From Mobula hypostoma (Eukaryota): a stretch of 64,000 nt of DNA. A program made the translations under genes and the position numbers. This document shows, piece by piece, positions 1 through 11,255 of this stretch (positions are counted from its first letter, which is position 1; each line of letters opens with the position of its first letter). Below the pieces are notes generated by a model that worked only from the letters and a program-made list of their open reading frames with translations, ran no database searches and was not told the origin of the DNA. The DNA lies in contig NC_086126.1 in assembly GCF_963921235.1 (NCBI RefSeq), forward strand, positions 12,338,001 through 12,402,000. The letters are read 5' to 3'.

Positions 1-479
1 AAGTGGCTGTTCTGTGGGGAAAAAACACCTTGCTCCTCAGTGGGTGGAATGGTAGGGCGTATTCTGAACTTGGGGTATATGGCATATAATAATTTGACCA
101 GCGACCAATTTGCAGACCTGAACATGGATTGTAGATTGAATTCAAAGTGCAGTCCGGAACAATAACTCTCCCTGAGCTGTGCGATGTAGTCGATTGCAAA
201 CCGGACATCGCTGATTAACACACATTGTGGGTGTCTGGAGTGTGGGTGCGATGAGGGAGGTGATTGCAAACTACATGCAATCTAAAGGAAGCACTGTAGA
301 TACATTGTAACTATAGAATGGTCCTGCTCTTGCCTTTGATCTTTGGCATATAAAAATGTCACGGAGTATTGGGTCGTGAGGTCTCTTCTCCCGAGAGCTT
401 CTCATTTTGTTGAATAAAAGTCTTTTGTATCCACCAGCTTCATTCAGTGTCTCTGTGGCAACTTTGTTCTCGTCACAAG

Positions 480-664
480 AGGAGAATGGCCAGACTGGTT
501 CAAATAACCAGGTCTTACAACAGTGGTGTGCAGAAGAGCATCTCTGAACAGACAACACGTCGAACCTCGAAGCGGACGGGCTACAGCAGAAGATCATGAA
601 CATACACTCAGCGGACACTTTTTTAGATACAGGAGGCACCTGATGTAGTGGCCATTGAGTGTAC
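480..664 (+). mobile_element. Tc1/mariner transposon remnant (transposase N-terminal fragment plus terminal repeat)
   Basis: Reads RMARLVQ...ITT...SISEQTTRRT, like fish Tc1 transposase HTH region; ends in the TIR-like GTGGCCATTGAGTGTA. Inverted copy of the remnant found in the other units. Confidence 0.6.
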
Positions 665-671
665 AGGACAT

Positions 672-1240
672 TCGATCAGCTGTAGTGAAAGTTAAAGTGA
701 AATTTATTATCAGGGTCACGACATACAACCCTGAGATTCATTTTCCTGCGGGCATAACTCAGCAAATCCATAGAATAGTAACTGTAAACTGGATCAGTGA
801 AAGATCAACCGGAGTGCAGAAGACAACACACTGTGCAAATGCAAATATCAATAAATAACGAGAACGTGAGATGAAGGGTCCTTAAAGTAATATGATTGGT
901 TGTAGGGGCATCTCAATAGATGAATATAGTTATCCCCTTTTGTTGGAGACCCTGATGGTTGAGGGGTAGTAACTACTCCTGAACCTCGTGGTGTGAGTTC
1001 TGAGGCTCTTGTACCTTCTACCTGATGACAGCAGCGAGAGGAGAGCATGGCCTGGGTGGTGGGGGTCTCTGATGATGGATGCTGCTTGCCTCCGATGGCA
1101 ATGTTTCATGTAGACGTGCTCAGTGGTGGGGAGGGCTTTACCCGTGATGGACTGGGACGAATCCACTACATTTTGTTGGATTTTCCACTCGAAGGTTTTG
1201 GTGTTCCCATGCCAGGCTGTGATGCAACCAGTCATGTCCT
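672..1240 (-). mobile_element. Rex1/Babar-type non-LTR retrotransposon 3' fragment
   Basis: ORF 930..1235(-) has CITAWHGN and AASIIRDPHHPGHALLSLLSSGRRYKSLRTHTTRFRSSYYPSTIR, a typical Rex1/Babar RT C-terminus. Confidence 0.75.
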
Positions 1241-1631
1241 TGATTCATATAGTTTTAAGACCATAAGATATAGGAGCAAAATTAGGCCTTCGAGTCTGCT
1301 GCGTCATTTCATCCATATTTCTTATCAGCCCCCAATCTCCTACCTCCTTCGCCTCCACACCTCATCCCTTCCTGCCCTGATCAAAAGAAATTACTCATCA
1401 CCCTTCTCAAAGGTCAGCGCTCTATTGTTAGACACGCCCGCCACACTTGAAATTGCACAGTTGACTGAGACCCGTCGCTTCGATCAAGGTGCAGGGTCTA
1501 AGCGCGATCGCCGTGCTCACTACAGCCCGTGGTGGTCAGTGCTGGAGCGACCTCATTCATCCAGTTACCCTGTTAACATTGCAGACACAGGCAGATTCAG
1601 AATGCAAAAGCTTTATTGCGGAAGAATAAAT

Positions 1632-1669
<38 letters not shown>

Positions 1670-2470
1670 CACACACATCAAAGTTGCTGGTGAACGCAGC
1701 AGACCAGGCAGCATCTCTAGGAAGAGGTACAGTCGACGTTTCGGGCCGAGACCCTTCGTCAGGACTAACTGAAGGAAGAGCTAGTAAGAGATTTGAAAGT
1801 GGGAGGGGGACGGAGAGATCCAAAATCATAGGAGAAGTCAGGAGGGGGAGGGATGGAGCCAAGAGCTGAACAGGTGATTGGCAAAAGGGATATGAGAGGA
1901 TAATGGACAGGAGGCCCAGGGAGAAGGAAAAGGGGGAGGGGGAAAACCCAGAGGATGGGCAAGGGGTATAGTCAGAGGGACAGGGGAAGAAGAAGCAGAG
2001 AGAGAGAACAATGTGTAGCGGAAGTTAGAGAAATCAATGTTCATGCCGTCAGGTTGGAGACTACCCAGAGGGAATATTGGTTTTGTTCCTCTAACCTGAG
2101 TGTAGCTTCATCTTTACAGTAGAGGAGGCCATGGATAGACATATCAGAATGGGAATGGGATGTGGAATTAAAATGTGAGGCTATTGGGAGATGCCATGAT
2201 CCTCTCATATCCCTTTTGCCAATCACCTGTCCAGCTCTTGGCTCCATCCCTCCCCCTCCTGTCTTCTCCTATCATTTTGGATCTCTCCCTCCCCCTCCCC
2301 CTTTCAAATCTCTTACTAGCTCCTCCTACAGTTAGTCCTGCAAAGGGTCTCGGCCAGAAACGTCGACTGTACCTCTTCCTGGAAATGTTGCCTGGCCTGC
2401 TGCGTTCACCAGCAACTTTGATGTGTGTTGCTTGAATTTCCAGCATCTGCAGAATTCTTCGTGTTTGCAT
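1670..2470. mobile_element. Inverted pair of Penelope-like element 3' ends, inserted in the (TA)n tract of a cystatin-B 3' UTR (inverted unit)
   Basis: GIY-YIG C-terminal peptide HFNSTSHSHSDMSIHGLLYCKDEATLRLEEQ on the minus strand; two oppositely oriented copies of the same terminal sequence; TA tracts on both sides. Confidence 0.75.
1731..1766 (-). ncRNA. Minimal type I hammerhead ribozyme (PLE-associated), intact core
   Basis: Reverse complement reads AGTC-CTGACGA-AGGGTCTCGGCCC-GAAA-CG-TC-GACT: stem I AGTC/GACT, CUGANGA and GAAA boxes, stem II, palindromic ACGU stem III, GUC cleavage triplet. Confidence 0.75.
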
Positions 2471-2714
2471 ATATATATATATACATTTGCGGCTTAATTA
2501 TACAATTATGGTAATACCTGGTGAGCCGTTGAGTTGAAACACAGATAGTACCGAAAGAAGAACGTACAGCGGTCGAGCACAGAAGCGGGTTACTTGACCC
2601 TCGATGTCCATGACGAGCGATTATATAGGAGTTCCAACTCAAACTTGGTGTGTGTGAGAGAGAGAAAGAGAGATAGTGGCCCGGGGAGTGCATGTTAGTG
2701 ATAGAGTGTACGAA

Positions 2715-2760
<46 letters not shown>

Positions 2761-2817
2761 AGTAAAGTGCTGTGTCAGTATCCGTTTGACCTGGGGACAG
2801 GAGTATTGCTACAGTCC

Positions 2818-3044
2818 GGTCATCTGCACGGTCTACAGCTGATTCCCTGCGGGTGGGGGGGGGGGGGAGAGAGAGAGAGAGAGAACTGGAGCCAGTAGAG
2901 ATTCCCCGCCGGTTCACCGGCAGATTGATGAAAACTCCCTCTCTCCCGCTGACCAGCGTCGCATACTTCGATCACCTAGGCAAGTAGAGGACTCCTGTGG
3001 AAGGGACAGTCCGGGATATCAAGCGCAGTCTTCTTGCAGGTGGG
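2818..3044 (-). pseudogene. Cystatin family B remnant B0 (3' part of exon 2 at 2976-3044; internally deleted exon 3 at about 2818-2846)
   Basis: Minus strand encodes PTCKKTALDIPDCPFHRSPLLA* followed by a GT donor; exon 3 reduced to GISCR...VQM. Confidence 0.75.
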
Positions 3045-6000
3045 AACGGGTGAGTGGGAGAGAGGAAGGAACCAGAGGGGAGGGGAGAGTGGACCATAGG
3101 GAAGGGATGGAGGAGGGGACCCTGGTGGAGGTAATAAGAAGTGAATGGACAGAGTTGGGAAGATGAAGAAGCGGCTGGGGAACGTTTCTATACCACAAGG
3201 AGAAAATTAATATTCATGACATTGTGGTGAAGCTTCCGAGACGGAATATAAGGTGTTGTTTCTCCACACTGAGGGTAACCTCATTTTGGCACATTTCGGC
3301 CTTGGACCGACACGGCAGAACGGAAACGGGAATGGGAATCGGAATTAAACGTTTTGGCCACGGCGAATCCCTCTTGTGGCAGACGGTGGTGGTGGTGGTG
3401 CAGGTTCTGGAAGTGGCCTCCTGATTTCCTACGGTGTTGACTGTCCGTCAACTGAACCAGGCCGGGAAACTCACCACGTAACTTGTAATTAGTCGAAGCT
3501 TGCACTTTTTCGCCTCTGCAGGAACAGGAATGTAACAGGTTAACAACTTAAAACATGAATTCTAATCTTCGCTGTGAACCAATACTCATTCAAACCGCTC
3601 CTCCACTTCAAATCACAACAATCGGGAATCTCCCATTGTTCAGAAGATCGACCCTTCTTCTCCCAGCCCCTGGCATGCACTTTCTTCCTTGCGATGATGA
3701 CTCTTCGAGGTCATCGCTGATATGCATTTGAAGCCCCTGCTTTCTTTTCATTCCATTCCAGTTCAAATGTTGCTTTCAGTCTCAGCGTCATCTGACTGTC
3801 CGATAACACCTCCCACTGGATCTAGTCAGACAGCCACACAGCTTCTCTTGTCTCCTTCGATTCTTGTTCAAACCAGGTCACTTAGACAGCGGGTCGAGGT
3901 AACGAGACGACTTCTGCAAAGCGTCCATTGTACTCAATACACAGCTTATCTGAGAATGTTCTCAGGTTTAGCAGAAACTCATTGTTTCAACGTTCAATTG
4001 CTGTGATTCGATTACCCCTGAGGATTAATCAGTTCTCGAACAGTTCACAAGATGGAGGCTAGAGGGCAACCTCACAAAATGGCGGACTCCTTCCGTCAAG
4101 CACATGGCAAGAACAAGGACAATTAGTTTGTCTCTTTCCGCTTAACTCCACTCATTCGAGTTTGACACTTTCTTCCACATTTTCACTCCCCCACGGTCGA
4201 CAATGGATCTCACCAATGTCGAGGAGACTGCGTCAGGCGCACCTAACACAATGGACGACTCCAGCAGCTTCGCAGGTGAAGTGCTGCCTCACCTGGAAGG
4301 ACAGTTTGGGGCCCTTATTGGAGGTGACTGGGCAGGTTAGGCCACTTGCAGGGGTAAGTGCCTGGAAGGAGATTAGCAGGGAGGGATGAATGGACAATAG
4401 AATTATGGAGGGAACGATCCCTGTGGAAGGTGGAGTGTTCGTTGGGGGGGGGCAGTGGAAGTTGTGGAGGATGATGTGTTGGGTGCGGACCTGATGGAGA
4501 GGTAGAGAAGAACAGAAGGGACTCCATCACTGTTAAGACAGCGGGAAGATGGTGTGAGCGTGGATGATCGGAAAATGGAGGAGATGCGGGTAAGAACAGC
4601 ATCAATATTGGTGGGAGTGGGCCCGTTCTTTAAAGAAGGCCCCACCTCCACTATTGATGCTGCCCTCACCCGCATCTCCTCCATTTTCCGATCATCCACC
4701 CTCACACCATCGTTTCGCTGCCTTAATAATGATAGAGTCCCTTTTGTTCTTGCCTACCTCTCCATCAGACTCCGCACCCAAAACATCATCGTCCACAACT
4801 TCAACTGACCCCCCACGAACACTCCACTTTCCACAGGGATCGTTCCCTCCATAATTCCCTTATCCATTCATCCCTCCCCACTGATCTCCCTCCAGGCACT
4901 TACCCCTGCAACTGGCCTAACCTGCCCAGTCACCTCCAATGAGGACCCCAAACTGTCCTTCCAGGTGAGGCAGCAATTCACCTGCAAATCTGCCGGTGTC
5001 GTCCATTGTGTTTGGTGCCTTTGACGCAGCCTTCTCTACATCGGTGAGACCCATTATCGGCGGTGGGGGAGTGAAATGTGGGAGAAAGTGTCAAACTCGA
5101 ATGGGTCGAGGTTAGTGGAAACAGACAAACCAATTGTCTTTATTATTGCCATGTGCTTGACGGAATGGAATCCGCCATTTTGTGAGGCTGCCCTGTAGCC
5201 TCCATCTTGTGAACCGTTCGAGAACTGATTCTTCCACAGGGGTAATGGAAACAGAACAATTGAACGTTGTGACAATGAGTTTCTGCTAAACTTGAGAACA
5301 TTCTCAGATAAGCTGTGTGTTGAGTACAATGGCAGCTTTGCAGAAGTCGTCTCGGTACCTCGACCCACTGTCTAAGTGACCTGGTTTGAACAAGAATAGA
5401 AGGAGACAAGAGAAGCTGTGTAGCTGTCTGACTATATCCAGTGGGAAGGTATTATCGGACAGACAGATGACGCTGACACTGAAAGGCAACATTTGAACTG
5501 GAATGGAATGAACAGAAAGCAGAGGCTTCAAATGCATAATAGCGATGACCTCGAAGAGTCATCATCGCAAGGAAGAAAGTGCATGCCAGGGGCTGGGAGA
5601 AGAAGGATCTATTCTCTGAACAATGGGAGATTCCCGATTGTGGTGATTAGAAGTGGAGGAGCGATTTGAATGAGTATTGGTGCACAGAGGAGAGTAGAAT
5701 TTATGTTTTAAGTTGTTGGCCTGTCACATTGTTGTTCGTGCGGAAGTGAAAAAGTGCAAGCTTCGACCAATTACGAGTTACGTTTTGAGTTTCCCGGCCT
5801 GGTTCAGCTGACGAACAGTCAACGCCGTAGGAAATTATGGGGCCACTTCCAGCACCTGCGTCACCACCACCCCCGTCTGCCACAAGCGAAACTTTTAATT
5901 CCGATTCCCATTCCCGTTTCCGTTCTGGCGTGTCGGTCCAAGGCCAAAATGTGTCAAAATGAGGTCACCCTCAGAGTGAAGAAGCAACACCTTATGTTCC

Positions 6001-6197
6001 GTCTGGGAAGCTTCACCACAATGTCATGAATATTAATTTTCTCCTTGTGGTATAACTCGTTCCCCACCCTCTTCTTTCTCTTCCCAACTCTGACCTTTCA
6101 CTTCTTATTACCTCCACCTGGATCCCCTCCTCCTTCCCTTTCCTGTATGCTCCACTCTCCTCTCCCCTCTGGTTCCTTCCTCTCTCCCACTCACCCG
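3045..6197. repeat. Large imperfect inverted repeat with no spacer (arms about 1.55 kb), centred at 4631/4632
   Basis: 3045-4631 is the diverged reverse complement of 4632-6197; centre is the palindrome TTCTTT|AAAGAA (4626-4637). Confidence 0.85.
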
Positions 6198-6470
6198 GCT
6201 TCACCTATCACATTCCAGCTAGCGTCCTTCCCTTCCCTCCAGCTACTTATCCAGACGTCTTTCCCCTTCCCTCTCAGTCCTGAAGAAAAGATCTTGGCCC
6301 AAAACCTCTCTTTTCCATAGTCCAGACGAAGAGTCACGGCCGGAAACGTCGATTGTACTTTCTTCTCCCCCATACATGCTGCCTGGCCTGCTGAGTTCCT
6401 CCAGCATTTTGTGTTTGTGTGCGCGTTGCTTTGGATTTCCAGCATCTGCTCCTTTCTTGTGTTTGCAATG
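4632..6470 (+). mobile_element. Degenerate Penelope-like element (RT C-terminus, interrupted GIY-YIG, 3' end with decayed hammerhead at about 6319-6354)
   Basis: FFKE.PTSTIDAALTRISSI, RQQFTCKSAGVVHCVWC...LYIGET and KQHLMFRLGS motifs match the PLE RT/GIY-YIG pattern. Confidence 0.7.
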
Positions 6471-6499
6471 TCACAAAAAGACGTGGGGTGATTGCGGAT

Positions 6500-6611
6500 T
6501 TGGGTGCGGAAGTCCCGCAGAAGGATGACGTGGCCAGAGCGGGGCGGAGTGACGAGCGAAGGGCGGAGGAAAAGACGCCAGCACCTGTTATTTGCTTTAC
6601 TGCGGAGGAAG
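6500..6611 (+). promoter_or_regulatory. Putative TATA-less promoter / 5' UTR of cystatin A genes
   Basis: ETS-like CGGAAGT (6507-6513), CRE-like TGACGT (6526-6531) and GC boxes GGGCGG (6542, 6561) just before the ATG; the same block precedes A2, A3 and A4. Confidence 0.4.
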
Positions 6612-6814
6612 ATGGGCCAGTTCTGGTGGTGTTGGTGTTGATGTTGGGGGCGGCGGATGTGGGGGCGACCTCCATGCCCGGCGGCCTCTGCCCCGTGCCC
6701 ACAGATGACCCCGGCGTGCTGAAAGCGATCCGGGTGGCCGAGGAGGACTTCAACCACAAATCCAGCGACTTGTTTCACACCGCGGTGTCGAATGTGATAT
6801 CGGCCCAAAAACAG

Positions 6815-7415
6815 GTGATGGGGAGGGAAATAGGAGGAAGGGGAGGGGAGGGAAAAGAGGCGTAGGTGAGGGAGGAGTGGGTGGGACGGGTGGAGCGGGG
6901 AAGAGAAGGGGAGAGTGACGAGCGGGAGCCCGGGAAGGGGCCAGGTGAGGGGAGGAGAGATGGGGAAGGGGGAGAGGGGGAGGAATGGAAGATGGAGCAG
7001 GGGGAAGGAGAGGAGAGGGAGAGGGGTGGGGGAGGGAGGGCGGAGGAGTGGGAAGTGGGCAGTAGGGGGAGCGGAACTGGGGAGCAGAGGGGGAAGGGCT
7101 GAGGCAATGGAGAGGGGGAGCGAGTGGGGGTAAGGGCGAAATAGACGCGGTGGGCAGAGGAGGGGAAGTGGGGAGGAGAGGGGGAAGCGGAAGTGTGGGA
7201 GGAAGGGTAGGGGAGGTGAGGATGCGGAGCAGAGATGAAGGGGATAAAAGCGGTAGGGGAGTGGGAAGGAGGAGAAGTGAGTGAGAAGGAAGATAGTGAG
7301 GGGGAGAGGGAGAGTGGGAGGAGGAGTGCAAGCGGGGGAAGATGGGGTGGAGGGGAAGGGAGGTGCAAGAGGAGGGGAGAGTGGGGAGAATGGGGTCCGG
7401 GAGTGGGCGAGGGAG
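6815..7415 (+). repeat. Purine-rich (G/A) low-complexity tract in intron 1 (also 18756-19350 and 32898-33510)
   Basis: Almost all G/A on the + strand, with many GGG/GGGG runs. Confidence 0.9.
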
Positions 7416-8272
7416 AATACGGAGAATCTACAGAGAGAGATGTATAGGTTAATTCAGTAGGCAAATATGTGTCAGATGCAGTACAATGTTGGTAAATACG
7501 GGGTCATCCACTTTGGAAGGGAAAATGGAAGAGCAGATTATTATTTAAATGGTAAAAGATTGCAGCACGCTGCTGTACAGAGGGACTCGGGAGTGCTTGT
7601 GCATGAATCACGAAAGGTTGGTTTGCAGGTGCAACAGGCTATCAAGAAGACAAATGGGATATTGGCCTTCATTCCTGGAGAGTTTGAATTCAGCAGCAGG
7701 GAGGTTATGCTGCAACTGTACTGGGTACTGGTGACGTGGCACCTGGAGTACTGCATGCAGTTCTGGTCTCCTTGCTTCAGGAAGGATATACTGGCTTTGG
7801 AGGTTCATCATGTTGATACTACAGATGAGGGTGTGAGACTATAAGGAGAGATTGAATCGCCTGGACTGTACTTGCTAGAATTCAGAAAAATGAGAAGAAA
7901 TCTTATAGAAAAATACAATTATGAAAGAGATAGAGGCAGTAAAGTTCTTTCTACTGGTAAGTGAGACTAGAACTAGGGGGCATGGCCTCAAGTTTCGGGG
8001 CAGTGCATTGAAGAGAGAGATGACGAGGAACTGCTTTTCCCAGAGAGTGGTGATTCTGTGCAATTCTCTGCCCAATAAAGCAGTCGAGGCTACATCAGTA
8101 AATATATTTAAGACAAGATTGGATAGATTTTTGCATAGTAAGGGAATTAAGGTGTATGGGGAAAAGGCAGGTGGGTGGAGATGAGTCCATAACCAGATCA
8201 GTCCTGATCTTATTGAGTGGCGGAGCGTGCTCGACGGGCCAGATGGCCGACTCCTGCTCCTATTTCTTGTGA
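7415..8272 (+). mobile_element. CR1 LINE 3' fragment in cystatin A intron 1 (also about 19350-20210 and 33510-34365)
   Basis: QMQYNVGK..VIHFGR, HLEYCMQFWSP and TRGHGLK...FSQRVV.L.NSLP motifs; same position in three copies, so it predates the duplications. Confidence 0.9.
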
Positions 8273-9234
8273 CCAGCAGAGTAAAGGTGGTGGGTGTGTG
8301 CAGATGGGTGACCACTTCTGGCTCGATACACACCGACACCCCGTAGGGATGTTTTGAGGCCTGTCTGACTGTAAGGTGCTCTTGCAGGTGGTGTCGGGGT
8401 TCATGTACCATCTCACCCTGGAGCTGAGAACCACCGTCTGCAGGAAGCGTTCGGTTTCCCGGAACTGTCCCTTCCACAAGGATCCTCAATATGCCAAGGT
8501 GAGCGATCAGTGCACTGGTGGTCTCGGGAGTGAGGGGCGGAGGTCCTGTCCCCAGGGACACTGGAACGTGGTGGGGATTTATGAATCTGCTGGGGTACCG
8601 GTAGGAAACTCTTTTAATACTGGCCTCTGCTTTTCCCCGCAGACAATGACCTGTAAATTTCAAGTCTTGGAGCACCCGTGGATCGGGCCCACGCAGGTGA
8701 CTGAATCTTCTTGCTCCAGGACGGCCAAGTGACCGGTCTGTAGGACCCCGGCGGCACACAGCGTGGCGCGCACCGCTCAGCTAAAACAATAATTCTGATC
8801 ACCAGGTCAAATGGATAGGAATACAGCACTTTACCACGGCCCGGGTCGCCTCGTAATGCAATTTCTACAACGCATACAGACAAACGCGCGTGTGTATACA
8901 CTCGCTCACTAATATACATTCCCCGGGCTACTATCCCTCTCTCTCTCATAAGCCATTCACCCCCGGGGAGAAACAGAGCATTTTGTCCAAGTTCCCCTCA
9001 CATAAGCTCGCCCGTGGGAATTCAGAATTCTGGCGCAAGCTCAAGGAAATGGTTGAAATTCACCAGAGGCACCCTAAAGATATACACGTGTTAGTGAAAG
9101 CGAAGTGCCCGAGGAATATGTGGGACAGGATGGCCCAGGGGGTGCAAATAATATCTGGGTTTCAACTCACGGGCTGACCGCTTATTAACATAATTGTATA
9201 ATTAAGCTACAAATGTATATTTTTATGCTTGCGC

Positions 9235-9240
9235 AATAAA
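9235..9240 (+). terminator. Putative polyadenylation signal of cystatin A1
   Basis: AATAAA about 500 nt after the stop, followed by a GT-rich stretch; the same context recurs after A2, A3, A4, A5 and the B copies. Confidence 0.55.
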
Positions 9241-10788
9241 GCTTTTGCATTCTGAGTCTGCCTGTGTTTGCAATGTTAACAGGGTAACTCGGTGAACGAG
9301 GTCGACCCAGCACTGACCACCACGGACTATAGTGCGCTCAGCGATCGTGGTTAGACCCAGCATCTCGATAGGAGCGACGGGTCTCAGTCAGTGGTGTAAT
9401 TTCAAATGTGGCAGGTGGGTGTGAGACCAGACGACTCGGCCTCAGAATAGAGGGCCGTCCTTTTAGGAGGGAGAGCAGTAATTTCTTCAGCCAGAGAGTG
9501 GTGAATCTGTGGAATTCGTTGCCACAGGCAAGCCTTTGAGTACGTTTAAGACAGAGATTGATAGATTCTCGACTGATCAGGGTATGGAGTAACACGGGGA
9601 GAAGGCAGGAGATTGGGGGCTGAGAGGGAAAATGGTGAAATGGCGGAGCAGATTCGACGGGCCAAATGGCCTAATTCTGCCTTTTTATCTCACGGCCTTA
9701 TAAAGTATATTCATCACGGAAAATGTACCGTTTCACGTTCTAATCAGGAACACTCTCCAGAGCATCAACGTCCTTCCTCTCGTGGGGAGGCCAGAACTAT
9801 ACGCGATACTCCAGATCTGAGTTTTATGAAGTCTGTCAATCTAACCCGGCGAAGATTTTTGTCACAGTCAGACATGAAAGTGTTCATTACCTTAACGTCG
9901 ACAATGTCTCCAACCACGGTCCTAATGCCCTTTACCTCCCCAACCCAACCCGTCACCCACGACTCAGTTCTTGCCAAAATCCATTTCATCCTGTCACTTC
10001 GCTTCCCGATCTGAACTTACCGTCGGCTGCACTCAGTCACAAACCACCGGGCCCCATCAGGCTCATAATCAGCGGCGACGATATCCAGACCACACTGAGG
10101 TTTCTTCCCCTAAGGGAAAAGACGCATTCTTTCCTCTGCCCCCGGCCCACCTGGCTTCACCCGTCGCCTTTGATCTTATCCTCATTCCCACGACATGTTT
10201 TTATATTCTGGCCCCTTCCCTTCCTCTCCAGCCCTGATGAAGGGTCTCGGCCTGAAACGGCGGCTGTTTATTCCTTTCCATAGATGCTGGGTTCCTTCAC
10301 CATTTTGCGTGTCGATTAGTGAGGGGTTTAGGGAGAAGGAGTCGGGTGCAGGATGGAAGGGAGTTTGGGGAGGAAAGGGGGAAGAGATGGGAGGGAGGGG
10401 CGAGCGCTGTGGGGAGGAGAGTCGGATAGGAGTGAAGGAGAAGAAGAGTCGGGGAGCCGGAGGATTGTTGGAGTGTGTGGAGACGTTGAAGGAGGGGGAG
10501 CGGTGCTCCCACAGCAGAGCTCCTGTGCAGGGGAGGTGGGGCCGGGGTGGTGGAGGTTGAACAGCAGAGAGGAGGTGACGGGTGGCCACTCGCCGTATCC
10601 TCCCGGCCCGATACATACACACCCTTTTACAGAGCTTTGGAGGGGTTTTCCTGACCAGTCTTGTATCAGGAGCCCAGACTGTGGTCCTTCCCCATCGAGC
10701 CCGAGCACTGGCTGTGCCAGCACGGTCCTGAGGCCCGGATCGTGCCAGTCGGTACCATTCCCCAGTGGCCCGGTGTAGGAAGAAGACA

Positions 10789-10941
10789 TGCAAGAAGACT
10801 GCGCTTGATATCCCGGACTGTCCCCTATACGGGAGTCCTCTATATGCCAAGGTATTCGAATTGTGCGACGCTGGTCAGCGGTTAGAGATGGAGGTTTCAT
10901 GAATCTGCCGGGGTACCGGCGGGGAACCTCGACTAGGTCCA

Positions 10942-10972
<31 letters not shown>

Positions 10973-11068
10973 GCACAGAGAATCAGCTGTAGATTTAAAG
11001 TCCGGGACCGCCCGAGGCTCGGGCCGGTGCAGATGATTGAAGAGCAGTGCGTCAGGGTAGCGAAGTGA
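10789..11068 (+). pseudogene. Cystatin B1 (exon 2 3' remnant 10789-10851; exon 3 10979-11068)
   Basis: CKKTALDIPDCPLYGSPLYAK|gt, then ag|RISCRFKVRDRPRLGPVQMIEEQCVRVAK*; exon 3 is 90 bp as in family A; 5' half of exon 2 deleted. Confidence 0.8.
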
Positions 11069-11255
11069 CCGGACTGTAGGACCCCTGCGGTGCACACAGC
11101 TCTGCTGAAGCAATACTCCCGACCGCTGGTCAAACGGATACTAACACAGCACTTTACCTGTGTGTGTGTGTGCGTGTGTGTGTATACACTCTATCACTAA
11201 CATACATTCCCCGGGGACCTTCTCTCTTTCTTTCTCTCACACACACCAAGTTTGA

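Larger units (their letters stand above)
6612..8732 (+). pseudogene. Cystatin A1 (cystatin C-like); exons 6612-6814, 8388-8498, 8643-8732; 1-bp deletion right after the ATG
   Basis: GT-AG phase-0 introns; PGG, QVVSG, HPW and four C-terminal Cys present. ATG 6612 is out of frame (ATGGGCCAGTT versus ATGGGTCCGGTT in A2); next in-frame ATG is 6641. Could be a sequencing error. Confidence 0.8.

Noticed and set aside
3722-4006. Recurrent MHLKPLLSFHSIPVQMLL ORF
   Set aside because: Frameshifted differently among copies; no recognisable homology.
6750-7464. Long Pro/Ser/Leu-rich ORFs (also 18537-19304 and 32833-33558)
   Set aside because: By-products of the low-complexity intron 1 tract; no domain signal.
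8376-8732. Single-exon ORF calls over cystatin exons 2-3 (also 20313-20729 and 34468-34824)
   Set aside because: They start at a non-ATG codon in the intron and read through intron 2; the spliced model fits the cystatin fold.
9765-9989. 74-aa minus-strand ORF repeated in four units, and nearby plus-strand ORFs as candidate B exon 1
   Set aside because: Conservation is explained by recent duplication; no signal peptide, PGG motif or suitable donor site recognised.
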